A DNA stretch of 43,116 nt from a virus (taxonomy: Duplodnaviria > Caudoviricetes): positions 1 to 43,116 of IMG/VR virus record IMGVR_UViG_3300004241_000007; one strand, given 5' to 3'. This document shows positions 7,856 to 18,061 of the stretch, one piece after another. Numbering within the stretch: the first letter of the stretch is position 1; the number at the start of each line of letters is the position of its first letter. Position numbers and translations under genes: made by a program. The notes under the pieces were generated by a model. The model saw only the letters and a list, made by a program, of their open reading frames with translations. It did no database searches and was not told the origin of the DNA.

Positions 7856-8944
7856 ATGTCAAGCGGATACGCAAGTTTACCAAATACGCCTAATTTCTTA
7901 GGTATGTTATTTAATACCAACGTTAATAAGACTCAGTTCTTATCGATGATTGGTGGAGTAGATGGTGCTAATGCACTCATTACTACTAACCCGGAATTTC
8001 CTATTTCAGTAAAGTATGCATTAGACAATCCTAGTCAACCTGCAATTACTGAAGCTGCTTCTGTAGGCGCAGCATCTCCTACCTACTTTGGTTTATCTCA
8101 AGACTCAAACGTCATTCAGATTTTCCAAGAAGACGTTACAGTTTCTAGATTACGTGAACGTGCGTCAGGCCGTCTAAGTGGTATTAATACTGCCGGTATG
8201 ACACCTGAACAATCAGACGAAGAAGCTTTACAAATTATGTTACATCTTGAAAAGATGAAACGCGATATGAACTACACTGCAATCAATGGTGTGTTCGCAA
8301 ATGGCGGTTTAACGAATTCAGCTGTTGCATTAAAGACTCGTGGTATTTTAGCGGCAATCGCTTCTAACATCGTTGTAGGCGCATTAGATGCTGATAATAT
8401 CGATTTAATCGTTCGTAAAGTATTTGATAAGGGAGCATTTGAAACTCCAACTTTCTTCGTTAACTCTGCAAACAAAATCGCTCTTTCAAAATTATTCTTC
8501 ACAGAAAAATTAACTGAAGTTGAACGTAATCGTTTCATGGCTGGCGTTGCAGTTGAAGCATTAGTCACAGACTTCGGTCGTACAATTTATATCGTTGTAG
8601 ATAACGACATTCCTTCAGACACTATCCTATTAGCAGACATTTCATTCGTAAGACCAGTATTTACTCTAGACAGAGAATCTGGACAAGTCATTACTGTTAA
8701 ACCATTATCACAACGTGGTGGAGCATCTCATGAAATTTATGCTGAATTTGGTTTAGACCACGGTGCAGAATTTATGCATGCTAAATTATTAGTTGGTACT
8801 GTAACTGCTTGGGAAACAAGTACTGCATACGTTGCAGGTGTTTATGTCACTCAAGGTGGTTTCACTTACAAGTGCTTAACTTCTCATACATCAGGCACAT
8901 TTGCTACCGATTTAGCTGCTAGTAAATGGGTTCTAATAGTTTAG
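7856..8944 (+). CDS. Major capsid protein (SU10/DUF5309-like) with C-terminal CBM5/12-like module
   Basis: N.IQIFQE.V.VS, TRGIL and TDFG motifs; C-terminal AWETSTAYVAG.YV...G.TYKC...HTS. Confidence 0.88.
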   Translation: MSSGYASLPNTPNFLGMLFNTNVNKTQFLSMIGGVDGANALITTNPEFPISVKYALDNPSQPAITEAASVGAASPTYFGLSQDSNVIQIFQEDVTVSRLRERASGRLSGINTAGMTPEQSDEEALQIMLHLEKMKRDMNYTAINGVFANGGLTNSAVALKTRGILAAIASNIVVGALDADNIDLIVRKVFDKGAFETPTFFVNSANKIALSKLFFTEKLTEVERNRFMAGVAVEALVTDFGRTIYIVVDNDIPSDTILLADISFVRPVFTLDRESGQVITVKPLSQRGGASHEIYAEFGLDHGAEFMHAKLLVGTVTAWETSTAYVAGVYVTQGGFTYKCLTSHTSGTFATDLAASKWVLIV

Positions 8945-8957
8945 TAGGTAATTGAAC

Positions 8958-9524
8958 ATGTTCGACATTACTAATATCGTCACATTAAGTGGTTGCGCTG
9001 AAGCGGATGTTCGAACTTTACTTCCTTCAGTATTACAATCAATACGCAACTATACTAACAGAGGTTTCATTACTTCTGTTAGTATACTTGATGATTTAGT
9101 CATTACTTCAAGTAATAAGATTAGTAGTACTTTATTACCATTTGATGCATTTATTGTAGGTGACACAATTGAACTTAAGACGTCGTTGAACAACCCTCAC
9201 ATTTATACTATCAAAGCTATCTCAGTTGACTTAATGGAAATAGAGACAAACGAAAAAACTTATCCCGAAGAGATTTATGGTTATGTCATTAAGTTGTCAT
9301 TTCCAATTACAGATGATATAATTGCAAGTTTTATTAGATATTCTAAATCTAGTTCTCAAGAGGCATTCGGTGTTGTTTCAGAAACGTTAGACGGTTACTC
9401 GTATATAAAAGAATCAGGAAAATCAAACGGCTTTCCAAAAACATTATTATCGAGCGTTAGTCATTTGAAAAAGTTGCCAGGCTCGATGGACAAGGAGTAC
9501 CTACTTGCAAACTACTATATTTGA
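8958..9524 (+). CDS. Head-tail adaptor (gp15/gp6-like) with central insertion
   Basis: IRNYTNR.F N-terminus and GVVSETLDGYSY C-terminus. Confidence 0.75.
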   Translation: MFDITNIVTLSGCAEADVRTLLPSVLQSIRNYTNRGFITSVSILDDLVITSSNKISSTLLPFDAFIVGDTIELKTSLNNPHIYTIKAISVDLMEIETNEKTYPEEIYGYVIKLSFPITDDIIASFIRYSKSSSQEAFGVVSETLDGYSYIKESGKSNGFPKTLLSSVSHLKKLPGSMDKEYLLANYYI

Positions 9525-9801
9525 CAGCTTTAAAGATTTGGTCCCTCTTAAAGTTTGCACTTCAGTGAATGCTTTCAATGAAAGAGTTTTCTCAACAGCC
9601 ACAACCATTAAGTGTAGAATTGTTGAAACAGACACAATTATCAAAACTGAAAAAGCTGAATTTATTAAATGTAAGTTTAAAATTTACACAAAAACAAAGG
9701 TGAGTACTTTAGATAATTTGAATGGCTTAGATGTGTTGTTGATAAAAGAACATAAATCATTGGTGACTAATCAAGTTTTGGGTTACAGTGTCTATATATG
9801 A
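9505..9801 (+). CDS. Head closure/stopper protein (putative)
   Basis: Position in the neck module; NAFNE...IKCR pattern; start codon uncertain. Confidence 0.6.
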   Translation: MQTTIFDSFKDLVPLKVCTSVNAFNERVFSTATTIKCRIVETDTIIKTEKAEFIKCKFKIYTKTKVSTLDNLNGLDVLLIKEHKSLVTNQVLGYSVYI

Positions 9802-10175
9802 GTTTCAAATTCAGTGGATTAAACTCTGCTCAAAAAGCATTTAATAAAAAAATGAAGCAGGTCAAACGATATACTGAACAAGGTCTTCAAGATGCTGCAG
9901 AGCATTTGCTAAATAAAGCATTACCACTCGTGCCAGTTGATACAGGCAGATTACAAAGAAGTGGTGTTGTCACAGCAGATGGTCCTAAAAAAAGATATGT
10001 TTCATTCGAAGCTCACGACCCAAACACAGGCTACGAATACGCACCAATACAACATGAAAATTTATCATTCAATCACAAAGTAGGTCAGGCTAAATATTTA
10101 GAAGAACCGTTTGTTCAAGAAACAGATGCCATGATTAAAATCATCGCTGACTCAGTAGAGAAAGGGTTAAAATAA
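9798..10175 (+). CDS. Neck protein, HK97 gp10-like
   Basis: VPVDTGRLQRS, YA..QHE and GQAKYLE.P motifs. Confidence 0.85.
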   Translation: MSFKFSGLNSAQKAFNKKMKQVKRYTEQGLQDAAEHLLNKALPLVPVDTGRLQRSGVVTADGPKKRYVSFEAHDPNTGYEYAPIQHENLSFNHKVGQAKYLEEPFVQETDAMIKIIADSVEKGLK

Positions 10176-10555
10176 TGGAAACAGTTTTAAGTGCTATTGG
10201 ATTACTCTTATCTGCTAATACAAAACAAGGTCAGTTAGCTGATACACCGGACGACATTATACTATTGAATTTGAATAGTGGTAACACACCCTCATATTCT
10301 TTAGGCAATAGAAAACCGATGTTAAGAGAACCGATGATGCAATTATTGGTTAGAAACAAAAATTATGTAGACGCAGTGCATGAAGTTGAGAGATGCACAG
10401 ATATTATATTACACGTAAGTGGCGAAGTTGGTGACAAATATGTTGTTAAAATTACTCAATTTAGTGATATACTTCACTTAGGTAGAGATGACAAAAACAG
10501 ATATATGTTTAGTATTAATTTCGTCATTCAAATCGATAATTTAAAGGAGGCATAA
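10175..10555 (+). CDS. Tail terminator / completion protein
   Basis: P..QLLVR and LGRDDKNR..FSINF motifs. Confidence 0.8.
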   Translation: METVLSAIGLLLSANTKQGQLADTPDDIILLNLNSGNTPSYSLGNRKPMLREPMMQLLVRNKNYVDAVHEVERCTDIILHVSGEVGDKYVVKITQFSDILHLGRDDKNRYMFSINFVIQIDNLKEA

Positions 10556-10559
10556 ACAA

Positions 10560-10949
10560 ATGCTATATACCGGTTTAACAGGTTATATTAAAAACAGTAC
10601 TGCCACTATTGCTCATATGTCGAGTTGGGAAATCGAACTAACTTCGGAAATGGCTGAAATCGTTTCATTCGGAAATGATTACAAAGAAAAAGTACCTACG
10701 ATTAAGGATTGGACTGGAAGTGCTGATGGCGCTGCGGACTTCGCAACAACTTCAGGTCAAGCTGCATTAGTTACTGCATTCGAAGCAGGAACATTACTAA
10801 CATTCGGTTTTGGTTTAGATACCACTACTTATTTTGAAGGTACAGCTTACATCGATTCATTATCGATTAGTAATGAAGCAGATGGAAACGTTACAATTTC
10901 GATTTCGGTATCAGGTAGTAACGCTATCGTATTAGAATTACCGGCTTAA
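10560..10949 (+). CDS. Tail tube (major tail) protein
   Basis: SWEIEL..E..E..SFG, KDWTGS and F.G.AYI.SLSI pattern; AAGGAGG RBS. Confidence 0.88.
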   Translation: MLYTGLTGYIKNSTATIAHMSSWEIELTSEMAEIVSFGNDYKEKVPTIKDWTGSADGAADFATTSGQAALVTAFEAGTLLTFGFGLDTTTYFEGTAYIDSLSISNEADGNVTISISVSGSNAIVLELPA

Positions 10950-10956
10950 TTCGATG

Positions 10957-10998
10957 AACTCAGTATATCGATAACCGGTGTACTGAGTTATTTTTTAT
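10957..10998 (+). terminator. Intrinsic terminator after the tail tube gene
   Basis: AACTCAGTATATCG / CGGTGTACTGAGTT stem followed by ATTTTTT. Confidence 0.8.
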
Positions 10999-11019
10999 TC
11001 AAAACAAACAGGAGGCTTT

Positions 11020-11370
11020 ATGCTAAGAACAATTCAAGGTAGAGAATTTGATTTTAATTGTAAGTTGGGCGCAACAGTACGCATCAAATCTAAATTTAGA
11101 AAGACGTATAATCAAGTTGTCGAAGAATTAGACAAATTAGATACTGAAGGAATGATTGCATTACTATATTGCGGATTATCTCCTGAGCAAATCACTGAGT
11201 CTGAATTTACGGCACATATCTTTGAAACATGCGGGCTAGGAGATTTGACAGATGAACTTACATGGTTCGTAAAACAAATTCAATACCCAGGTTTAACTGA
11301 GGACGAAATCGAAAAAAAGTTGTCAGAGAAACGAGCACAAATTCAAAAGTACCAAACCCAGAACGATTAG
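11020..11370 (+). CDS. Tail assembly chaperone (gpG-like)
   Basis: Lies between the tube and tape-measure genes; carries a slippery site. Confidence 0.85.
   Translation: MLRTIQGREFDFNCKLGATVRIKSKFRKTYNQVVEELDKLDTEGMIALLYCGLSPEQITESEFTAHIFETCGLGDLTDELTWFVKQIQYPGLTEDEIEKKLSEKRAQIQKYQTQND
11313..11319 (+). other. -1 programmed ribosomal frameshift site A AAA AAG
   Basis: In-frame GAA AAA AAG; the -1 frame is open from here into 11412-11705. Confidence 0.85.
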
Positions 11371-11705
11371 ATTTTATAGAAATATTAATTCGAGAAGGTG
11401 CAGCGTATGACTTGAAACCAAGTGATATTATGGACATGCACCTTTGGGAATTTAATAACTATATAATTGGTTATCGAAAAAAAATAAGACGAGAACAAGA
11501 AAACATCGTCACTTTGGCGCACACAACTGCTAGTTTCGTAAACTCTTCGAAACGTTTAAAACCTTTACAAAAATACTTAGAAAAGATTGCTAAGAATTTT
11601 GAAAAGAAACCTACGAATAAAAATAAAGTTGACGTAGAAAAAGCCAACCAGATTGAAAGTATAATCGCTAGATTAAAAAAATTAAAGGAAGGTGAGCAAA
11701 AATGA
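11319..11705 (+). CDS. Tail assembly chaperone frameshift extension (gpT-like)
   Basis: Continuous -1 frame VVRETSTNSKVPNPERLDFIEILIREGAAYDLKPSDIMDMHLWEF...; the TTG at 11412 lacks a clear RBS. Confidence 0.8.
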   Translation, partial: VVRETSTNSKVPNPERLDFIEILIREGAAYDLKPSDIMDMHLWEFNNYIIGYRKKIRREQENIVTLAHTTASFVNSSKRLKPLQKYLEKIAKNFEKKPTNKNKVDVEKANQIESIIARLKKLKEGEQK

Positions 11706-13732
11706 GAATTGGTAGATTGAATGTAGAAATTACAGGCGATTCTAAAAATTTAGAACAAGCTGCACAGCGCTCATCCGATTCGTTAAAGAAAGTAAAAGAA
11801 GACATTGGTCAAGCAAATGACTTAAGCTTTACTAAATTGAAAACTGACGTGGGTTCTACGACAGCATCAGTTCAGGAATTGTCAAGGTCTTTGAGTACAA
11901 TGACTGTTCGTGCTTTAAATAAAGAATTTGATAGCACAAAATCAAAATTAGACATATTACAAGCTGAGATGGCAGAATATCAACGAATGGTTGGCACATC
12001 TAATTCTTCTGAATTTAGTAAAGCTGCACAAACACAAGTTGATAAATTAGCTTCGTCTTCTCAGGTGTTAAAGAATAGATTAGCTGCTGTCAAACAAGCT
12101 ATGGACAATTTGAATAACGCAAAATTATCAAAAGTCACAACCGGAATTGACAGTGTAAAAGACTCTGTACAAAGTTTTGGTTCTCAAATTAACAAAACAA
12201 TGCATAGGGCAAGCGTTAGAATAAGACGGTTTATTGTAAGTTTGATTGGTTTAAGAACTGCTTGGGCATTGCTTACTAGGGCAACTCGTGATTATATTTC
12301 AAGAGATGAAGAACTAAACAAACAGACAAACTCTATGATTGCTGCGTTAGGTCAAGCGTTAGCGCCAATGATTTACTTAGCATTAGATGGATTAAAGGTG
12401 CTTGTACAATGGACAATAGTTGCAATTGGGTATTTCATCACATTCATTAATGTAATATTTGGAACAAACATGGCTATCAGTAAATCAATCAAACAGATGA
12501 GCAAGTTTGGAGAATCTATTGCAGATGCAAAATCTCAGTTATCTGGTTTTGACGAAATAAACAACATCACAACTCAGACAGACAGTGGTGTTGCAGCTGA
12601 AGCGTTAGATTTTACACCATATGATATGACAGAACAACTTAAAGGTTTAGAAGACTTCAAACGAGTTATCACTGAAAATAAAGACTTGATTTTGTTATTA
12701 CTTGCAGGAATTGCAGGTGTAATTGCAGCTCTTACAGTTATGAATTTGCTCACAGGTTTAATTAACTTAGGCACGATGCTTATGTCACCAATTGGGTTGG
12801 CATTAATCTTAATCGGATTAATCGCATACATCATACTTAATTGGGATGATGTCAAAAAATGGTGGGATGCAAACGGTCCTGTGTTGTTAGGCTATTTAAA
12901 AGCTTTAGTCGACATAGTATTAATCTTAGGCGGGGTTGTTGCAGTGTTAGCAATGTTATGGTTCTTCGGCTTCAATTTAATCACTATCGCAATCGTTGCG
13001 GTAATAGCAATATTCGTATTATTCGGTGATAAGATAGTTGGTGTTCTAGATTGGATTAGAGATGGCTTTAACAAAGTAATTAACTATTTACAAGATAAGT
13101 TTAAAGGTGGCATATTTGAAATGTTAGCTGCTGTATTGCAGAATTGGAAAAATTCGTTTAACGCTATCATGGACATATTCAAAGGTTTAGTTATGTTTAT
13201 CTCAGGTGTATTTACGGGTAACTGGAAGAAAGCTTGGGAAGGCATTAAATTAATTATTGTTGGTGTGTTCAGTGGTTTAGCTAATCTTGTCAAAGGACCA
13301 ATAAATCTAATACTCGGTATGGTTAACACAGTTATTAATGGTATTAACACAATGATTAGAGGATTAAACTCAATTAAGTTTACTGCACCTTGGTGGGTAC
13401 CACTTATTGGTGGCAAATCTTTCGGAATTAGTATTCCTACAATGAGTAACATTCCTTACTTGGCAAGTGGTGCTATCGCATCAGGACCAACTATGGCAAT
13501 GATAGGTGAAGGAAGATATGATGAAGCAGTTGTACCATTAGGTCAATCACCGCAATTTGCAAGTATGAAACAAGACATTGCAGATGCAGTTGCAGACGCA
13601 ATAGGAAATGGAAGTAATGGTCAAGCATATAGAATTAACATGTATTTAGATGACACGATTGTAGGAAGTGTATTGATAGATAATATCAACAGAACTGCAA
13701 AGCTTACAGGTAAAACTGTCAATGCTTACTAG
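11702..13732 (+). CDS. Tape measure protein
   Basis: Long helical protein with hydrophobic segments, GNWKKAWEG repeats and LA.G.....PT.AMIGE...EAVVPL. Confidence 0.92.
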   Translation: MRIGRLNVEITGDSKNLEQAAQRSSDSLKKVKEDIGQANDLSFTKLKTDVGSTTASVQELSRSLSTMTVRALNKEFDSTKSKLDILQAEMAEYQRMVGTSNSSEFSKAAQTQVDKLASSSQVLKNRLAAVKQAMDNLNNAKLSKVTTGIDSVKDSVQSFGSQINKTMHRASVRIRRFIVSLIGLRTAWALLTRATRDYISRDEELNKQTNSMIAALGQALAPMIYLALDGLKVLVQWTIVAIGYFITFINVIFGTNMAISKSIKQMSKFGESIADAKSQLSGFDEINNITTQTDSGVAAEALDFTPYDMTEQLKGLEDFKRVITENKDLILLLLAGIAGVIAALTVMNLLTGLINLGTMLMSPIGLALILIGLIAYIILNWDDVKKWWDANGPVLLGYLKALVDIVLILGGVVAVLAMLWFFGFNLITIAIVAVIAIFVLFGDKIVGVLDWIRDGFNKVINYLQDKFKGGIFEMLAAVLQNWKNSFNAIMDIFKGLVMFISGVFTGNWKKAWEGIKLIIVGVFSGLANLVKGPINLILGMVNTVINGINTMIRGLNSIKFTAPWWVPLIGGKSFGISIPTMSNIPYLASGAIASGPTMAMIGEGRYDEAVVPLGQSPQFASMKQDIADAVADAIGNGSNGQAYRINMYLDDTIVGSVLIDNINRTAKLTGKTVNAY

Positions 13733-13741
13733 GAGGTAAAC

Positions 13742-14110
13742 ATGTTATATTACATTCGAAAGATAAATGGCGTCGTACCTCCTGTACCGCAGGACTTATT
13801 GATGACAAGATATACATTAGATTTGGACTCAAATAGAAGTGCAAGCGGTAAGTTAATTCGTAATCCTGTTGCTCAAAAGTTTAAATTTGAAATTGAATTT
13901 CCTACAATGAACAAAACTCAAATGGGGGTTATTCTTCCAATGTTGAATAGTGAAAGTTTTTCAGTAGAGTATGAAGATATGTTTACAGGATTAGTTGTTA
14001 CGGGTACGTTCTATCATGGTGATATTTCTGTCGCTATACTTAAAACGAGAGGGACTACTAACACAGACGTGTGGTTTAAACCGTTTAAAGTTAGTTTGGT
14101 AGAGTACTAA
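13742..14110 (+). CDS. Distal tail (Dit)-like protein
   Basis: Follows the TMP; DLD..RSASGKLIR and FY.GD motifs. Confidence 0.8.
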   Translation: MLYYIRKINGVVPPVPQDLLMTRYTLDLDSNRSASGKLIRNPVAQKFKFEIEFPTMNKTQMGVILPMLNSESFSVEYEDMFTGLVVTGTFYHGDISVAILKTRGTTNTDVWFKPFKVSLVEY

Positions 14111-15711
14111 TGAAAACTGTGTCCGTTGACTTCAAACAACAAATTAAAAACTTATCAGTAAGTAGTAGCGGTGAAGTAGTAATTTCTGACGGAATTACTG
14201 CTTTATCGTTTACAGATGATGATTTATTAAAAATTGAAATATCTGCTTCATCTAAGAACAACGGTTCTAATATTGGTGTTATTGCACCATATAACGTCGT
14301 CGTTGAATTATTAGGTGATAAAACTCAATTGTTAGATTTAACTGTTGAAAAAACCCTTGTACCAAAAATAGGAATATTAGTTGGCTCTGTGTATGAATAT
14401 GTCGAATATCAAACGTTTATAATTGTCGAAATGAATTATAACGACACAACAAATGTAACTAAAATTTATGCAGCGGATTATACATATAAATTAAATAAAG
14501 AATATATCGATAGTAATGTATACCCAATTTCGTTATTAGATTACGCAAAAAATGTAATTGAATATTGTGGTTTGACAATGTATAACTCATCAATATTAAA
14601 CGGTAGTTTTATTTTAACAGAACAACCGATTGAGAATTTAACTACTTGTAGAGAAATAGTTGCAAGTATTGCGCAATTAGCATTATGTTTTGTAAGCACA
14701 AATGTTTCTAATCAATTAGTATTTAACAATTCATTCCAAACATATGATAGTATAGGTTCTACATATAACTTTTTAAGTCAATTCACATATAACGAGATGA
14801 GTTTGTATACGTATGACGAATTAGTCACTATATTCTCTGAAGAATCGATAGATGATATATCTAAAGACACGTATTGGAATTTGAAGTTGCTAGAAAATAG
14901 TTATAAAACAATGGGTGTAAATACTTTGACACTCAAAATAAGTCAAGTTGAAGGTGAGAATAATAGCATCTCAGATGAAGAAAAAGTATTAGTTGATGGT
15001 TCAATAGAGGTTGCAATAGAAGATAATCCATTTATCAATACAGAAGAAAAACGTTTAGCGGTGATTAACGATATGTTCGATGTAGTAAATGGTTATAAAA
15101 ATGTACCATTTAATATTGAGTACAGAGGTTTCCCTTACTTAGAACTAAACGATTTGGTTGAAATAACATTGATGAACGATTCAATATTTCTACCTTGTAT
15201 CGATGAAATTTATGTGTTGTATAATGGTGGATTAAGTGGAAAATTAAAAACATACGCAATTACACCCGCAGATACTAAATACAAAAACAAACCTTCGTTA
15301 GATAAACGTGTTCGTAGAACAGAAATAATGGTTGATAAAGCAAACAATGAAATAATCTTACTAGCTGAAGATTTGAATAGTGTTGAAGCCAAACTTGAAC
15401 CAGAAGCATTTACAATTACTGTTCAAACGATAACAAATGACCAATTCGGTGAGACCATATCTAACGTCAATAAAAATTTTATATTCAACGCAGATGGTTT
15501 AGAAATAAATAATAGTATTAACGATTTCGCTATAAAAATAGACGAGACTGAGATGGGTTTCTATGATGGAGGCACTAAAATTGCCTACATGAATAATAAT
15601 GAATTACGAATTAAACAAGGTGTTGTAGAAACTAACTTAATAATTGGTGTTCACAAGATTGAGAAATTCAACAACAATATAACCGTATTTAGATATATAG
15701 GGGAGGAATAA
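14110..15711 (+). CDS. Baseplate hub / Tal-like tail protein
   Basis: Follows Dit; IEDNPF, RGFPYLELND and TEI.VDK motifs. Confidence 0.75.
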   Translation: MKTVSVDFKQQIKNLSVSSSGEVVISDGITALSFTDDDLLKIEISASSKNNGSNIGVIAPYNVVVELLGDKTQLLDLTVEKTLVPKIGILVGSVYEYVEYQTFIIVEMNYNDTTNVTKIYAADYTYKLNKEYIDSNVYPISLLDYAKNVIEYCGLTMYNSSILNGSFILTEQPIENLTTCREIVASIAQLALCFVSTNVSNQLVFNNSFQTYDSIGSTYNFLSQFTYNEMSLYTYDELVTIFSEESIDDISKDTYWNLKLLENSYKTMGVNTLTLKISQVEGENNSISDEEKVLVDGSIEVAIEDNPFINTEEKRLAVINDMFDVVNGYKNVPFNIEYRGFPYLELNDLVEITLMNDSIFLPCIDEIYVLYNGGLSGKLKTYAITPADTKYKNKPSLDKRVRRTEIMVDKANNEIILLAEDLNSVEAKLEPEAFTITVQTITNDQFGETISNVNKNFIFNADGLEINNSINDFAIKIDETEMGFYDGGTKIAYMNNNELRIKQGVVETNLIIGVHKIEKFNNNITVFRYIGEE

Positions 15712-15712
15712 C

Positions 15713-17146
15713 ATGCCTACATCAACGAGTGGAGCATATAATAGTAATCCAGGGGGTGTGTTACCTTTTCTATTCATAGAAGGGGTTAGTACTGTTACGA
15801 TACATGCCACTGTAACACCATTACCTGGTGAAGTAATTTCAAAGATTAGATTTGTAGTGTGGGACAAGAACGATGTTAAAACATATTCACCAGAAATAAC
15901 TTTTACTGGCGGCTATGCAGAATACAACTTTGGCACAATGTTGGCTGATTGGGTATATACATCACAAAGTGGAAATAAAATTCTATACGCTGGTTGGGGA
16001 GTTATAACAAATATTCAACAAACACCTTGGGCTGGAGCATATGGAAACTTTGGTTCTACAACACACTACTCAAAGCCGCAAGTTAATTTATTTAATGTTT
16101 CAAGAAATACAACAACAGAAACGCAAGCTGATTTTGCGATAGATATAGCATCAAGTCCAGTAATATACGCAAGTACAGAATACAACTTCTTAAAATACAA
16201 ACGACAATATTTTACTACAACTTGGGTAGACATTGATACGTTGATTACTGCACCAGGGCTCGATGTGACTGCCACACTTTCATACGATTTGCCGTTCTTA
16301 ACTGATAAATCTTATACTGCAAGAATAGTTATTGAAGATTTATTTAATACAGTGTATGTTACTGACATATTACCAACGGCATTAGTACCGTTCTCTGTAG
16401 GAAAGACAGGAGTTGGAGCAGGTAAAATACACGAACAAGGTGTGCTAGATATTCAAGGTGAGTCATTCAAAAACGGTGTTTTACAACCAACGATATTTAG
16501 AAAAAAAGAATCTGACCCAGACCCAGATGGAATGGAAGACGGCGATATTCTAATTATCTATAACGAGACAACACCATTTACGTCGACTAACTTTCCACAA
16601 GAATTTGGAACAGGTTATACGTGGTCACAAGTTGGTACTTGGCCGACTGATTATAATTACTGGACTTCTACTTCTGCAACCACAAATACAATTGTTGAGA
16701 GTATGGAAGCTTCAAGTTTCAAAGGTTCTAACTATCCGTATTTAATATTTGATAATGATACTTATTTCAGTAATGGAATTATGATGCCATACGGTACTCT
16801 ACCAGGTGTTCAGATAATCAAGTTTAAAGGTTCTGTTCAGTTTAATAGTTTCCAATTAACTGGTTGGGGACAAGACCACGAACCTAAGAACTCACCTAAG
16901 TCATTTGCTTTCTTTGGAAGTAATGATGCTCATACGTGGGTTTCATTGTACGACACAATTGCATTCGAAGACACTTGGAAAACAACATCAACTGCTACAG
17001 TTATGTCTAACAGTGGTTTATACTTCAAATACTTAAAACTGGTGTGGAGAACAAACCAAGACGATAACAGCGGCAATTTAACAAATGCGACAATGATAGC
17101 TGTAAGAGAATTAAGCTTCGATGCTTCGGGTCACAGATATGTATAG
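15713..17146 (+). CDS. Tail / receptor-binding protein with C-terminal discoidin (F5/8)-like domain
   Basis: EDLF and GVGAGK..E.G.LD.G motifs; C-terminal SPKSF.F.GSND..TW..L and FKYLKL. Confidence 0.7.
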   Translation: MPTSTSGAYNSNPGGVLPFLFIEGVSTVTIHATVTPLPGEVISKIRFVVWDKNDVKTYSPEITFTGGYAEYNFGTMLADWVYTSQSGNKILYAGWGVITNIQQTPWAGAYGNFGSTTHYSKPQVNLFNVSRNTTTETQADFAIDIASSPVIYASTEYNFLKYKRQYFTTTWVDIDTLITAPGLDVTATLSYDLPFLTDKSYTARIVIEDLFNTVYVTDILPTALVPFSVGKTGVGAGKIHEQGVLDIQGESFKNGVLQPTIFRKKESDPDPDGMEDGDILIIYNETTPFTSTNFPQEFGTGYTWSQVGTWPTDYNYWTSTSATTNTIVESMEASSFKGSNYPYLIFDNDTYFSNGIMMPYGTLPGVQIIKFKGSVQFNSFQLTGWGQDHEPKNSPKSFAFFGSNDAHTWVSLYDTIAFEDTWKTTSTATVMSNSGLYFKYLKLVWRTNQDDNSGNLTNATMIAVRELSFDASGHRYV

Positions 17147-18035
17147 TTATTACACGACCACGTATTTGAGTAAAACGATTCATATCATTAAAGGTCAAGA
17201 GGATGCTAACGAAAATATTCAGTTATCCATCCTCGCAGACCGTTATGACAGCGGTGACCCATTAAAATTAGCATCAGAATTTAGTGATAGTTATCTTGAA
17301 GCAAATGGTTGGTCAAAAGTCGGTGTTATCAATGGTGGTTTATTCTTTAGCGGACAGTTCGCTTCAGGTATCGAAAAAGCATTTTGGACAGTCAATGAAA
17401 ATGATGATGCGTGGTTAGATGATGTTATGGGTTTAGCACACAATGGTAATGATAGTAACTTACCAATTGTTGAAACTCAAGGGTTAATCAAATCAAATTG
17501 GGGTGGTTATCGTGGTGGTTTTACAGGCGCGTTTGGTTTATTAAGAAACGGTGTTGTTGACCAGGGTAATACTTCATCACAAGGTTCTTACAGTTCGTTA
17601 TCAGGTAGAGCAATCGTAGGTGATGATTCGTCAGGTGCAATATACTTTATTGCGGTTGCAGGTGTAACCGGTTCTTCAGGATTAACTGGTGCTCAATGCC
17701 TTAGTTTAGCTCAAAGTTTAGGATTAAGAAATGCAGTAGCAATGGATGGTGGTGGTTCAGTATCACTCATTTATCAAGGCTCGTGGAAAGTATCGACTAC
17801 TCGTGAAATAAAGAACGTTGTCGCGATGTATGCAAAAGCTAAAACAATCGTTCCACCTGACCCCGGTGGGGGCGGTACTACAACAGACATAAATAAATTA
17901 GACCAATATACACCATCATATGAAGACGCTATGCCACATCAAATTTATTTCAATGGTGTGTTAACAACTATCGAAGATATTAAAATTATGACGAATGGAA
18001 CATTAGTTTCTATTGCCGATTTAGAAAGTATATAA
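17121..18035 (+). CDS. Phosphodiester glycosidase (NAGPA family)
   Basis: INGGLFF, GRAIVG, G.T..Q...LAQSLG..NAVAMDGGGS motifs; start may be 17139. Confidence 0.8.
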   Translation: MLRVTDMYSYYTTTYLSKTIHIIKGQEDANENIQLSILADRYDSGDPLKLASEFSDSYLEANGWSKVGVINGGLFFSGQFASGIEKAFWTVNENDDAWLDDVMGLAHNGNDSNLPIVETQGLIKSNWGGYRGGFTGAFGLLRNGVVDQGNTSSQGSYSSLSGRAIVGDDSSGAIYFIAVAGVTGSSGLTGAQCLSLAQSLGLRNAVAMDGGGSVSLIYQGSWKVSTTREIKNVVAMYAKAKTIVPPDPGGGGTTTDINKLDQYTPSYEDAMPHQIYFNGVLTTIEDIKIMTNGTLVSIADLESI

Positions 18036-18061
18036 TTAACTCATGAAGGAGGTTACAAAAT

